From the NCBI GenBank assembly GCA_945859975.1, contig CAMAPH010000006.1:23923-87922 (forward strand): 64,000 nucleotides of DNA, read 5' to 3'. The position numbers and the translations under genes are program-made. Below are positions 28,989-37,673 of this stretch, in pieces. The notes under the pieces were generated by a model. The model searched no databases, was not told the DNA's origin, and saw nothing but the letters and a program-made list of their open reading frames with translations. Source of the stretch: Chthonomonas calidirosea. Its GTDB lineage: Bacteria > Armatimonadota > Fimbriimonadia > Fimbriimonadales > Fimbriimonadaceae. Every line of letters starts with the position of its first letter. Positions within the stretch are counted from its first letter, which is position 1.

Positions 28989-29381
28989 TTACTGCTGAAG
29001 GGTGATGGTTGGAAGATCAGCTGCGGTGCAGTTGCTTCCGGCAGCTGGCTTGATCGTAGCCGAAGCTGCAGTCTGCGTGAAGGTGTAGTCCGTAGCAAGC
29101 GAAGCAGCGCCGGTGCAAGGGTTGACCGGGATGGTGCCACCGAGCTCGGTCGTGATCGCGGAGCCAGGAATGTCGGTCGCGCTGTACGACTTACCGTTGC
29201 TCTTCACGTAAAGAGCCTGAACTGCGGTTGCGATTGCCTTAGCATTTGCGTTGGCCGTCTTGTGTCGCGCATCCTTCACCGAAGAAAGGTAGCTAGGAAG
29301 AGCGACGGCAACCAAGATGCCGAGGATGAGAACGACGACGAGAAGCTCGATGAGCGTAAAGGCTTTGTTAGACTTGTTCAT
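28989..29381 (-). CDS. pilA: Type IV major pilin, copy 1
   Basis: Class III signal MNKSNKA/FTLIELLVV, 130 aa, C-terminal Cys pair. Confidence 0.92.
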   Translation of the reverse strand: MNKSNKAFTLIELLVVVLILGILVAVALPSYLSSVKDARHKTANANAKAIATAVQALYVKSNGKSYSATDIPGSAITTELGGTIPVNPCTGAASLATDYTFTQTAASATIKPAAGSNCTAADLPTITLQQ

Positions 29382-29520
29382 TTTATGTTCCTAAACCAGC
29401 GGACTTAGTTGGAAAGATTTCCCTTTCGAGCCCCTGCTTTCGTTTACTAGTGTTTATCAGAATCTTTTTATTCGCAAGGACACCTTCCGGGTACTCAGTT
29501 TGTGTGACGGCCGGTCTGAC

Positions 29521-29558
29521 AAAGAAAAGCGCCCGTCCAGACGTATCTGGACGGGCGC
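29521..29558 (-). terminator. Intrinsic terminator of pilin copy 2
   Basis: 13-bp stem GCGCCCGTCCAGA/TCTGGACGGGCGC plus A tract. Confidence 0.85.
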
Positions 29559-29577
29559 GATTGACGGGACAATGCTC

Positions 29578-29970
29578 TTACTGAGCGAGGGTGATGACCG
29601 GCAAATCCGCTGCAGTGCAGTTGCTGCCCGCGGCTGGCTGGATCGTGGCCTGCGAAGCCGTCTGGGTCAGCGAGTAGTCAGTGGCGAGCGATGCGCCGCC
29701 GGTGCAAGGGTTGACCGGAATGTTTCCGCCGAGTTCAGCCGTGATGCTTGCGGATGGAATATCCGTCGCGCTGTAAGACTTTCCGTTTGACTTCGTGTAG
29801 AGCGCCTGGACGGCGGTTGCGATGGCCTTTGCGTTTGCGTTGGCGGTCTTGTGTCGGGCGTCCTTCACCGAGGAAAGGTAGCTCGGAAGAGCGACGGCAA
29901 CCAAGATGCCGAGGATGAGAACGACGACGAGAAGTTCGATGAGCGTGAAAGCTCTGTTTGTCTTGTTCAT
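29578..29970 (-). CDS. pilA: Type IV major pilin, copy 2
   Basis: MNKTNRA/FTLIE, 130 aa. Confidence 0.92.
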   Translation of the reverse strand: MNKTNRAFTLIELLVVVLILGILVAVALPSYLSSVKDARHKTANANAKAIATAVQALYTKSNGKSYSATDIPSASITAELGGNIPVNPCTGGASLATDYSLTQTASQATIQPAAGSNCTAADLPVITLAQ

Positions 29971-30119
29971 TTTATGACCCGAATTTTCGGCCCAGGAGTG
30001 GAAGAAATCCCTTACTGAAGACCGGACTACGAGATCTATTTTTTATCAGAATCTCGATACGCGCAATGACACCTTTTGGGTAATCGAATCGTGTCACAAC
30101 ACTTCCGGGGGACAAACGC

Positions 30120-30153
30120 AAAACGGCCCGGATGGCGATTGCCATCCGGGCCG
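30120..30153 (-). terminator. Intrinsic terminator of pilin copy 3
   Basis: 13-bp stem CGGCCCGGATGGC/GCCATCCGGGCCG plus A tract. Confidence 0.85.
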
Positions 30154-30167
30154 AAGCTCAACAAATC

Positions 30168-30560
30168 TTACTGCTGAAGGGTGATCGTTGGGAGGTCAGC
30201 TGCGGTGCAGTTGCTTCCGGCAGCAGGCTTGATCGTCGCCGAAGATGCGCTCTGCGTCAGAGTGTAGTCCGTCGCAAGCGCAGCAGCGCCGGTGCAAGGG
30301 TTGACTGGGATCGTTCCGCCGAGTTCGGTCGTGATCGCCGAAGTCGGAATGTCGGTCGCGCTGTACGACTTACCGTTGCTCTTCACGTAAAGAGCCTGAA
30401 CTGCGGTTGCGATTGCCTTAGCGTTTGCGTTGGCGGTCTTGTGTCGAGCATCCTTCACCGAGGAAAGGTAGCTAGGAAGAGCGACGGCAACCAAGATGCC
30501 GAGGATGAGAACGACGACGAGAAGTTCGATGAGCGTAAAAGCTTTATTAGACTTGTTCAT
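30168..30560 (-). CDS. pilA: Type IV major pilin, copy 3
   Basis: MNKSNKA/FTLIE, 130 aa. Confidence 0.92.
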   Translation of the reverse strand: MNKSNKAFTLIELLVVVLILGILVAVALPSYLSSVKDARHKTANANAKAIATAVQALYVKSNGKSYSATDIPTSAITTELGGTIPVNPCTGAAALATDYTLTQSASSATIKPAAGSNCTAADLPTITLQQ

Positions 30561-30699
30561 GGCTGATTCCAGTTGCTCCCTCAGCCGCTTATATCGCACT
30601 GAAGAACACTAACGTTATTGGTCATTTTCATAGTAATTCCATACCTAAAACTAAATGCCAGTAATACTGCGGGTGAATTGCAATGATCTGAACAAACAG

Positions 30700-30731
30700 A
30701 AAAAGGCCACCCCAGATTGCCTGGGGTGGCC
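30700..30731 (-). terminator. Intrinsic terminator of pilin copy 4
   Basis: GGCCACCCCAG/CTGGGGTGGCC stem plus A tract. Confidence 0.85.
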
Positions 30732-30758
30732 GAAGTACGAGCCTTGAGAATAGAGCTC

Positions 30759-31151
30759 TTACTGAGTTAAAGTGATGGTTGGAAGGTCACCCGCGGTGCA
30801 GTTGGTGCCAGCGGCCGGCTTGACCGAAGCGGAGCTTGCGGACTGCGTCAAAGTGTAGTCGGTGGTAAGCGAAGCCGCTCCCGTACAAGGGTTGTTCGGA
30901 ATCGTTCCACCAAGTTCGGTGGTGATGTCGGTTGCCGAAATGTCGGTCGAGCTGTACGACTTTCCGTTGCTCTTCACGTAGAGAGCCTGAACTGCGGTTG
31001 CGATCGCCTTGGCGTTTGCATTGGCGGTCTTGTGTCGAGCATCCTTCACCGAAGAAAGGTAGCTAGGAAGAGCGACAGCAACCAAGATGCCGAGGATGAG
31101 AACGACGACGAGCAGCTCGATGAGCGTAAAGGCTTTATTTGACTTATTCAT
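30759..31151 (-). CDS. pilA: Type IV major pilin, copy 4
   Basis: MNKSNKA/FTLIE, 130 aa. Confidence 0.92.
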   Translation of the reverse strand: MNKSNKAFTLIELLVVVLILGILVAVALPSYLSSVKDARHKTANANAKAIATAVQALYVKSNGKSYSSTDISATDITTELGGTIPNNPCTGAASLTTDYTLTQSASSASVKPAAGTNCTAGDLPTITLTQ

Positions 31152-31287
31152 GACCGAATTCCTGTTACTACACCAACCGCTTGCGTTGTACTGAAGAACA
31201 CTCTAGTTGTTGGCGGAATTCCTATGTTCTCTAGTGCTGTCTCAGGATAGCGGACAAATGATCTGACGGTCCAGATGCACAAAACGC

Positions 31288-31320
31288 AAAAAAGGCCATC
31301 CCAGTCTTCCTGGGATGGCC
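31288..31320 (-). terminator. Intrinsic terminator of pilin copy 5
   Basis: GGCCATCCCAG/CTGGGATGGCC stem plus A tract; closely related to the copy 4 terminator. Confidence 0.85.
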
Positions 31321-31346
31321 CGAAGCCAACGAGCGAAGCCGTTATC

Positions 31347-31739
31347 CTACTGGGAAAGAGTGATGGCTGGTAGGTCAGCTAAGGTGCAGTTGCTACCAGC
31401 AGCAGGCTGAATAACTGCCGAAGAAGCGGTCTGCACTAGGCCGTAGTCCGTTCCAAGCGCAGCAGCGCCGGTGCAAGGGTTGACTGGGATCGTGCCACCG
31501 AGTTCGGTCGTGATTGCCGAAGTCGGAATGTCGGTCGAGCTGTAAGACTTACCGTTGCTCTTAACATAGAGAGCCTGAACTGCGGTTGCGATTGCCTTAG
31601 CATTTGCGTTGGCCGTCTTGTGTCGCGCATCCTTCACCGAAGAAAGGTAGCTAGGAAGAGCTACGGCAACGAGGATTCCGAGGATGAGAACGACGACGAG
31701 AAGCTCGATGAGCGTAAAAGCTTTGTTGGACTTATTCAT
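31347..31739 (-). CDS. pilA: Type IV major pilin, copy 5
   Basis: MNKSNKA/FTLIE, 130 aa. Confidence 0.92.
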   Translation of the reverse strand: MNKSNKAFTLIELLVVVLILGILVAVALPSYLSSVKDARHKTANANAKAIATAVQALYVKSNGKSYSSTDIPTSAITTELGGTIPVNPCTGAAALGTDYGLVQTASSAVIQPAAGSNCTLADLPAITLSQ

Positions 31740-31906
31740 GACTGATTTCTCGTTGGCCACTGGATTTTAGAGTTCCAATGAAGAACGATGATGTTATTGG
31801 CACCAGCGATGATTTACTTCAGCCCTTTCGTCCGCGGAACTCAAACTTTTGGTCCGAAGTAACGAAGTGGTGTTGAAAGCCAAAAGGTGTACAAGCCTTG
31901 AGACGC

Positions 31907-31942
31907 AAAAACTCCCCTTCCCGAAGTCGGGAAGGGGAGTTT
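31907..31942 (-). terminator. Intrinsic terminator of pilin copy 6
   Basis: AAACTCCCCTTCCCGA/TCGGGAAGGGGAGTTT stem. Confidence 0.85.
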
Positions 31943-31969
31943 GAACTTGCCAATCCGAGCGAAACCGTC

Positions 31970-32362
31970 TTACTGCGAAAGAGTGATCAGCTTGAGCTCA
32001 GAGGTGTCGCAGTTCGATCCAGCCGCTGGCTGAACCGTTGCGCTCGCTGCGGACTGCGTGAGGCCGTAGTCCGTTCCGAGAACGGCTGCACCGGTGCAAG
32101 GGTTGACCGGAATGGTGCCACCGAGTTCGGTGGTGATCGCCGAAGTCGGAATGTCGGTCGCGCTGTAAGACTTACCGTTGCTCTTCACGTAAAGAGCCTG
32201 AACTGCGGTAGCAATCGCCTTGGCGTTTGCGTTTGCGGTCTTGTGTCGCGAGTCCTTAACCGAAGAGAGGTAGCTTGGAAGTGCAACCGCAACCAAGATG
32301 CCGAGGATGAGAACGACGACGAGAAGCTCGATGAGCGTAAATGCCTTGTTGGACTTGTTCAT
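31970..32362 (-). CDS. pilA: Type IV major pilin, copy 6
   Basis: MNKSNKA/FTLIE, 130 aa, divergent C-terminus (CDTSELKLITLSQ). Confidence 0.92.
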   Translation of the reverse strand: MNKSNKAFTLIELLVVVLILGILVAVALPSYLSSVKDSRHKTANANAKAIATAVQALYVKSNGKSYSATDIPTSAITTELGGTIPVNPCTGAAVLGTDYGLTQSAASATVQPAAGSNCDTSELKLITLSQ

Positions 32363-32526
32363 GATCTATTTCCTGTTGCTCCCTCAACCCTTCGTGTTGC
32401 AAAGAAGAACACTTTATTAGTTGGAAACCGGCACAAAAAATCCAAGGATTTCTTCGAAAATGCCAGTATTTTTACTGTCCCGTTCAACACTTAGAAATTC
32501 CAGCGCCAAAGGCGAAACAGGTGTAC

Positions 32527-32922
32527 TTATTTCGAAAGGGTGATCGCCGGCAGTGACGAAGCGTCGCAGGTGGAACCTGCCGCGGGTCGAAGGGTCGCGG
32601 TCGTTGCCGTAAGCGTCAAAGCATAATCGGTGCTCAACGAAGATCCACCGGTGCATGGATTGCGTGGAATGGACCCACCGAGTTCGAACGTGATGTTGAC
32701 ATCACTGATGGCAGCCGCATTGTAGGCCGTTCCTCCGGTCTTCACGAACAATGCCTGAATCGCGGTCGCGACGGCGCGAGCATTCGCATTTGCGGTCTTG
32801 TGGCGAGAGTCCTTCACCGAGGAAAGATACGAAGGCAACGCGACGGCAACCAAGATGCCAAGAATGAGCACCACAACCAGCAGCTCAATCAGGGTAAACG
32901 CGCGCTCAAACTTCCTCACCAT
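32527..32922 (-). CDS. Type IV pilin, copy 7 (divergent paralogue)
   Basis: MVRKFERA/FTLIE; N-terminal helix the same as copies 1-6, divergent head, NPCT...C retained. Confidence 0.9.
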   Translation of the reverse strand: MVRKFERAFTLIELLVVVLILGILVAVALPSYLSSVKDSRHKTANANARAVATAIQALFVKTGGTAYNAAAISDVNITFELGGSIPRNPCTGGSSLSTDYALTLTATTATLRPAAGSTCDASSLPAITLSK

Positions 32923-32979
32923 GACCCTAGTTTCCCTCAGATCAGGAAAACAAGGGTGTCCCATTTTCTTGGCGAACTT

Positions 32980-33381
32980 TTATTGCGTGAGGGTGATCGT
33001 GCGCATTCCCGCGGAGTCGCAAAGCGTTCCGGCCAGCGGAGACATCGTGGCGGTGCTTGGAGTGAGCATCAGCTGATAATCCACCGACAACGAACGTCCC
33101 GTGGTGCAAGGATTGATTGGAACCTGCCCGCCAAGCTCAACCAAGATCGCGGCTTCCGTAATGGAGGAGTGGTTGTACGCCAATCCGCCCGTACGAACAT
33201 AGAGCGCTTGCACGGTGATTGCGATCGTCTGCGCGTTTGAATTTGCCGTTTTCTGTCGAGTGTCGCGGACCGAGGAAAGGTAGGAAGGCAGCGCGAACGC
33301 GAAAAGGATGCCGATGATGAGGACCACCATCAGCACCTCAATCAGAGTAAAAGCCTTCGAACGTTTTTTAAAGCAATTCAT
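32980..33381 (-). CDS. Type IV pilin, copy 8 (most divergent paralogue)
   Basis: MNCFKKRSKA/FTLIEVL; ELGG.VP.NPCT...C retained. Confidence 0.9.
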   Translation of the reverse strand: MNCFKKRSKAFTLIEVLMVVLIIGILFAFALPSYLSSVRDTRQKTANSNAQTIAITVQALYVRTGGLAYNHSSITEAAILVELGGQVPINPCTTGRSLSVDYQLMLTPSTATMSPLAGTLCDSAGMRTITLTQ

Positions 33382-33487
33382 ACCAATCTCGGTCCAAATG
33401 TAAGGCAAAGACGCTTACCGCGCAATTGGAATATTGGTCAAAAGGCGAAGTTTCCTCCGCCTTTTTTGGATTCTTGCCAGATGGCCG

Positions 33488-34717
33488 TTACTTGCCTGAT
33501 TTCTCGAACGCCTTACCAAGGCTAAAGATCGGCATGTACAGCGCGAGCAGAACGAACAAGACGATCGCTCCAACCACGCCGGTCATGATCGGTTCGATCA
33601 TCTTCGTCATCTTCTCGACCGCGTACTCAACGTCGCGCTCGTAGAACTTGTTCACTTCGTCGAGCATGGCGTCAAGATCGCCGCTGGCTTCGCCAGCAGC
33701 AACCATCTTGGTGACCATCGGAGGAAACTCGTTGGTCTTCTCCAGCTCAGGCCCGAGGGCCGCGCCGTCTCGAACCGCGCTGGCCGCCGTCATAACCGCG
33801 TCCTTAATCACTGAGTTGGCGGAAGCGCCTGCAGAAACCGCCAGTGCGCGAAGAACCGGAACACCGGCTCGGGTCGAACCGGCAAGGGTCTGCACGAACC
33901 GCGCAATCGCTACCTTTCGCATGATCGGACCCACCAAAGGCAATTTAAGCGAAATCTCATCCAGGCGTCGCTTTCCGTTTGGCGTTTCCGCGTAGCGCTT
34001 GTAACCGTAAAACGCCAGCCCCATCAGAATCAAGCCGATATACCAATACTTGATCACCGCATTCGAGATGTTGATCAGCGTTTGAGTAACCGTCGGCAAC
34101 TCGGCTCGAAGGTCCTTATAAACCTGAGCAAAGGTCGGAACAACCACGAGGAGCATGATCGCAACCGTAATACAAGCGGCGGCGACAACGATCTTTGGAT
34201 AGACCATTGCTCCGTTCACTTTTCGCTTCAGCTCTTCCATCCGGTCAAGCTGGTCCGCGGCGATGTCGAGACAGAAGTCGAGGTTTCCGGCCGCTTCACC
34301 GGCTTCAAGCATCGAAACGAGCAGTTCCGGGAACACCTTTGGATACCGTCGGAATTGGTTGGAAAGGCTGTCACCCGAAACAATGCCGGCCTGGATCTCC
34401 GAAAGGATCTCCTTCATCACCGCGTTCTGGGTCTGCTCGTAAAGAATTTCGATGCCCTGCGTAAGCGGCATACCGCAACGCACAAGCGTGGCGAGCTGCC
34501 GGGCAATAACCACAACCTCAGACGACTTCGGCATCTTCGGCCCCATAAGTCCGCCGCCTTGTCCGGTTTCCGGCTTACTATCGCGTTGCTCAAACTGGGT
34601 CAGATACAGGCCGTTCTGACGCAACAACGACCGCAACTCATCTGGGTTGTTCGCTTGGAGCAACCCTTTAACAACCGCGCCTGCACGGTCCCGACATTCA
34701 TATTCATAAACGGTCAT
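33488..34717 (-). CDS. pilC: Type IV pilus platform protein PilC (GspF family)
   Basis: YEYE..D..G, RQLATL..CG, AGE..G.L, AM.YP and a duplicated T2SSF domain ending IEP...ALYMPIF. Confidence 0.95.
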   Translation of the reverse strand: MTVYEYECRDRAGAVVKGLLQANNPDELRSLLRQNGLYLTQFEQRDSKPETGQGGGLMGPKMPKSSEVVVIARQLATLVRCGMPLTQGIEILYEQTQNAVMKEILSEIQAGIVSGDSLSNQFRRYPKVFPELLVSMLEAGEAAGNLDFCLDIAADQLDRMEELKRKVNGAMVYPKIVVAAACITVAIMLLVVVPTFAQVYKDLRAELPTVTQTLINISNAVIKYWYIGLILMGLAFYGYKRYAETPNGKRRLDEISLKLPLVGPIMRKVAIARFVQTLAGSTRAGVPVLRALAVSAGASANSVIKDAVMTAASAVRDGAALGPELEKTNEFPPMVTKMVAAGEASGDLDAMLDEVNKFYERDVEYAVEKMTKMIEPIMTGVVGAIVLFVLLALYMPIFSLGKAFEKSGK

Positions 34718-34722
34718 TTGTC

Positions 34723-36417
34723 TTAATCCTCTTCCATCGCAAATACGCGCATGATCTCACTAGCAGGTACCTGACCTGCCAACACTTTTTCAATCGCACT
34801 TTGACGCATCGTCTTCATTCCGGTGGCAAGCGCACATTCGAAGAGCTCCGCACCAGACGCTCCGGAGAGCACCAATTCTCGAAGTTTTTCGTTCATCGTC
34901 ACGATTTCCACCGCTGCCGTTCGCCCGCGGGTGCCTCGTCCGTTGCATCGTTTGCACCCGGTTCCCTTGCCTACCAATGGGGGCTTTCCGTCCACCAGAG
35001 GAATTCCGACCGCCATGCAGTACTCCTTCTCAATCTCAACCATCTGCCGGCAAGACATGCACACGGTCCGCAGAAGGCGCTGCCCGAGAATTCCGGTAAC
35101 CGCCGAAGCGATCAAGAACGGCTCCACGCCCATGTTCTGAAGACGCACCAGAGCACCCGGCGCATCGTTGGTGTGCAAGGTACTGAGAACAAGGTGGCCA
35201 GTAAGGGCTGCCTGAACGGCAATCTCCGCCGTGTCCTTGTCTCGAATTTCACCAACCAGAATCACGTCCGGGTCTTGTCGAACCAAGGTTCGCAGACCAC
35301 TCGTAAACGTCACGCCAATCTTCGGATTGACCTGCATTTGGTTGACGCCGTTCAGCTGATACTCAACGGGGTCCTCAACCGTGTTGATGTTGATCGAAGG
35401 CTCGTTGATGTATTGAAGGCCCGCATAAAGCGTGGTCGACTTCCCGGAACCCGTCGGACCGGTGACCAGCAACAAGCCGTGCGGTCGCTTGATCATTCGC
35501 TCAAAAACAACCTGCTGTTCGGAAAGCAACCCGATTCGGTCGATGCGGGCGAATGTGTTGTTCTTTTCCAACATTCGCATACAAGCCTTTTCGCCGTGAA
35601 CGGTCGGCATGATGCTCAGTCGAACGTCGAACTCCCGGCTGTTATCGTCTCGGATCGTAAAGCGGCCATCCTGCGGACGCCGACGCTCGGCGATGTCGAG
35701 GCCAGACATGACCTTGAGTCGCGACATCATTGCCAGCATGTGCTGACGCGGCACCTGGATGTGGTCATACAAAATGCCGTCGATTCGATACCGAACCCGT
35801 ACCGTGGTTTCTTGCGGTTCGATGTGAATATCTGAAGCACCCGCCGAAACCGCGCCGGTGACCATCTCATTCACCAGCTTTACGATCGGCGCCGTATCGG
35901 CGGCCTGCGGAATCTCTTCTTCCTGGTGCTCGTTGTCGTCCGTGATGATCGCGTCGATGATCGCGCGGGCTTTGCTCCGAACGTCGAACACGCGTCGGAT
36001 ACCTGCTTCAATGTCGCGCTTCAGCGCGTAGCAGGGAACAATTCGCCGCCCGGTAATGGCGCGCAACTCGTCAACGACCTCAAAGTTGAGTGGGTCGTTC
36101 ATCGCTATGAGCAACCGCTCGTCTTCTTCGCGGATCGGCAGCGCCAGGTTTGTAAGCGCAAAATGCTCGCTCACCATCATGGCCACCTCAACGTCGATTT
36201 CCTGGTCACCGACGTCGATGAAAGGGAAACCCGATGCCTGCTCAATGAACGGAGCGAGTTCAGAAACCGAAAGCGTTCCTGCCGTGATTAGGACCTCGGC
36301 CAAAGACTCGCCGCTTTGCAAATGGCGCTGCACGGCCTGCTCCAGCTGATCCGAAGGAAGGACCTCGTTCTTCGCCAGAACCTTTGCGAGTCGATCGATC
36401 GTTCGGCCGTCCATCAT
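34723..36417 (-). CDS. pilB: Type IV pilus assembly ATPase PilB (GspE family)
   Basis: ASDIHIEP, Walker A GPTGSGKSTT, TVEDPVE, RQDPDVILVGEIRD, TGHLVLSTLHTND and two CxxC motifs. Confidence 0.96.
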   Translation of the reverse strand: MMDGRTIDRLAKVLAKNEVLPSDQLEQAVQRHLQSGESLAEVLITAGTLSVSELAPFIEQASGFPFIDVGDQEIDVEVAMMVSEHFALTNLALPIREEDERLLIAMNDPLNFEVVDELRAITGRRIVPCYALKRDIEAGIRRVFDVRSKARAIIDAIITDDNEHQEEEIPQAADTAPIVKLVNEMVTGAVSAGASDIHIEPQETTVRVRYRIDGILYDHIQVPRQHMLAMMSRLKVMSGLDIAERRRPQDGRFTIRDDNSREFDVRLSIMPTVHGEKACMRMLEKNNTFARIDRIGLLSEQQVVFERMIKRPHGLLLVTGPTGSGKSTTLYAGLQYINEPSININTVEDPVEYQLNGVNQMQVNPKIGVTFTSGLRTLVRQDPDVILVGEIRDKDTAEIAVQAALTGHLVLSTLHTNDAPGALVRLQNMGVEPFLIASAVTGILGQRLLRTVCMSCRQMVEIEKEYCMAVGIPLVDGKPPLVGKGTGCKRCNGRGTRGRTAAVEIVTMNEKLRELVLSGASGAELFECALATGMKTMRQSAIEKVLAGQVPASEIMRVFAMEED

Positions 36418-36480
36418 TTACTCTCTTTATGGTAGGCGTTTCTATCGGAAATTACCCCTCAGAAATGGGTTACAGCCCGA

Positions 36481-37581
36481 TCAAAGTTTTGAGTTCCCGG
36501 CCTCTTTTAGCGCTTGCACCACGGAACGTACTTCTTGCGCTTTTTGCTTGTTGCAAATGAGGACGGCATCGTCCGTGACCACCACCAATAAATCATATAC
36601 GCCAGTCATCGCCACGGTGATGTGAGAAGACTCGTTGTAAACCAAACAGTCCGCCGTTTGGGTCATCACATTGTCGCCGTAGGTTGCATTGTCGCGGGAA
36701 TCGGAAGGCAAGAACCGGCTCACCGCATCCCACGAACCGACATCGTCCCACGTAAATTGCGACCCAATAACCGCAATATTGCCACTGCGTTCCATCAGAG
36801 CGTAGTCAATAGAAATATCGGGCACTTCTAAAAAAAGTGCTTTCGCTTCGTCAATTTCATTTGATGCAAGATGAGCAGTGATGCCCTCGAGCAGCTCGAA
36901 TAGTTTTGGCGCACCGTGCTTCAGCTCGGACCGGAAGGTTTCCACCGTCCAGAAAAACATGCCACTGTTCCAGTAGAACCCCGGCGTTTGGGCATAACGG
37001 GCCGCAAGATCGAAGCTCGGCTTCTCGTAGAATCGAACCACGCGGAACCCGCGGTTCACTTGATCCACCACGAGTTCCGCGCCAAGATCTGCCTCTAAGT
37101 AGCCGTATCCGGTCTCGGGACGCGTCGGCAAGATTCCAAGCGTCGTGATCATTCGCTGACGCTCCGCAATGGTGAGAGCCGCGTCAACGTCGCGCTGAAA
37201 CTGCTCCGGGGTATCAATCAGGTGATCGGCGGTAACCACCGCCATGCTCACTTCGCTTGCGTCATCATGTCTGCTCGCCAAGATCGCCGCAACCCAAAGA
37301 AGACAACCCGCGGTGTTTCGTTTGGCTGGCTCGACCAAAATCTGGTCGGGCGGAAAGTCCGGACAACTTTCAAGGATTGCTGGCTTGAGGTGCTCGCTCG
37401 TGATGATCAGCACCCGATTCGGCTCAAAGAGCCCTTTGAGTCGGTTGAGACTCTGGGTCAATAGAGACTCGGTTTGCCCCGGCAATATCACCAGCTGTTT
37501 TGGGCGGTTTCGGCGAGAAAGAGGCCAGAACCTCTCGCCTGATCCACCTGCCATGATAATCGCATACCGATGGTTTGACAT
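36481..37581 (-). CDS. manC: Mannose-1-phosphate guanylyltransferase
   Basis: IMAGGSGERFWPLSR..PKQ, EP..RNTA, ETGYGY, FYEKP, WNSGMF, SIDYALME and WDDVGSW. Confidence 0.93.
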   Translation of the reverse strand: MSNHRYAIIMAGGSGERFWPLSRRNRPKQLVILPGQTESLLTQSLNRLKGLFEPNRVLIITSEHLKPAILESCPDFPPDQILVEPAKRNTAGCLLWVAAILASRHDDASEVSMAVVTADHLIDTPEQFQRDVDAALTIAERQRMITTLGILPTRPETGYGYLEADLGAELVVDQVNRGFRVVRFYEKPSFDLAARYAQTPGFYWNSGMFFWTVETFRSELKHGAPKLFELLEGITAHLASNEIDEAKALFLEVPDISIDYALMERSGNIAVIGSQFTWDDVGSWDAVSRFLPSDSRDNATYGDNVMTQTADCLVYNESSHITVAMTGVYDLLVVVTDDAVLICNKQKAQEVRSVVQALKEAGNSKL

Positions 37582-37673
37582 AATGTGCGGAAACCCGCAA
37601 TATCAAGATACCAGTCGCGGGTCATAGTCCCATGGGCGGGAACTCTGCTCAACCCAAACGTATAGAGAACAGC

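Noticed and set aside
30601..30645. ECF-type promoter (GGAAT...CGTT) upstream of pilin copy 3
   Set aside because: The 21-nt spacing is too long and the pattern is not shared by the other copies
28989..32362. Pilin repeats read as a CRISPR array, DGR target or integron cassette array
   Set aside because: The repeats are full coding genes. Variation is not adenine-specific. No cas, reverse transcriptase or integrase gene is present, and the hairpins have terminator geometry rather than attC features.
28989..32362. Pilin array as an assembly artefact
   Set aside because: Each copy has unique synonymous and amino-acid differences and a unique terminator and spacer
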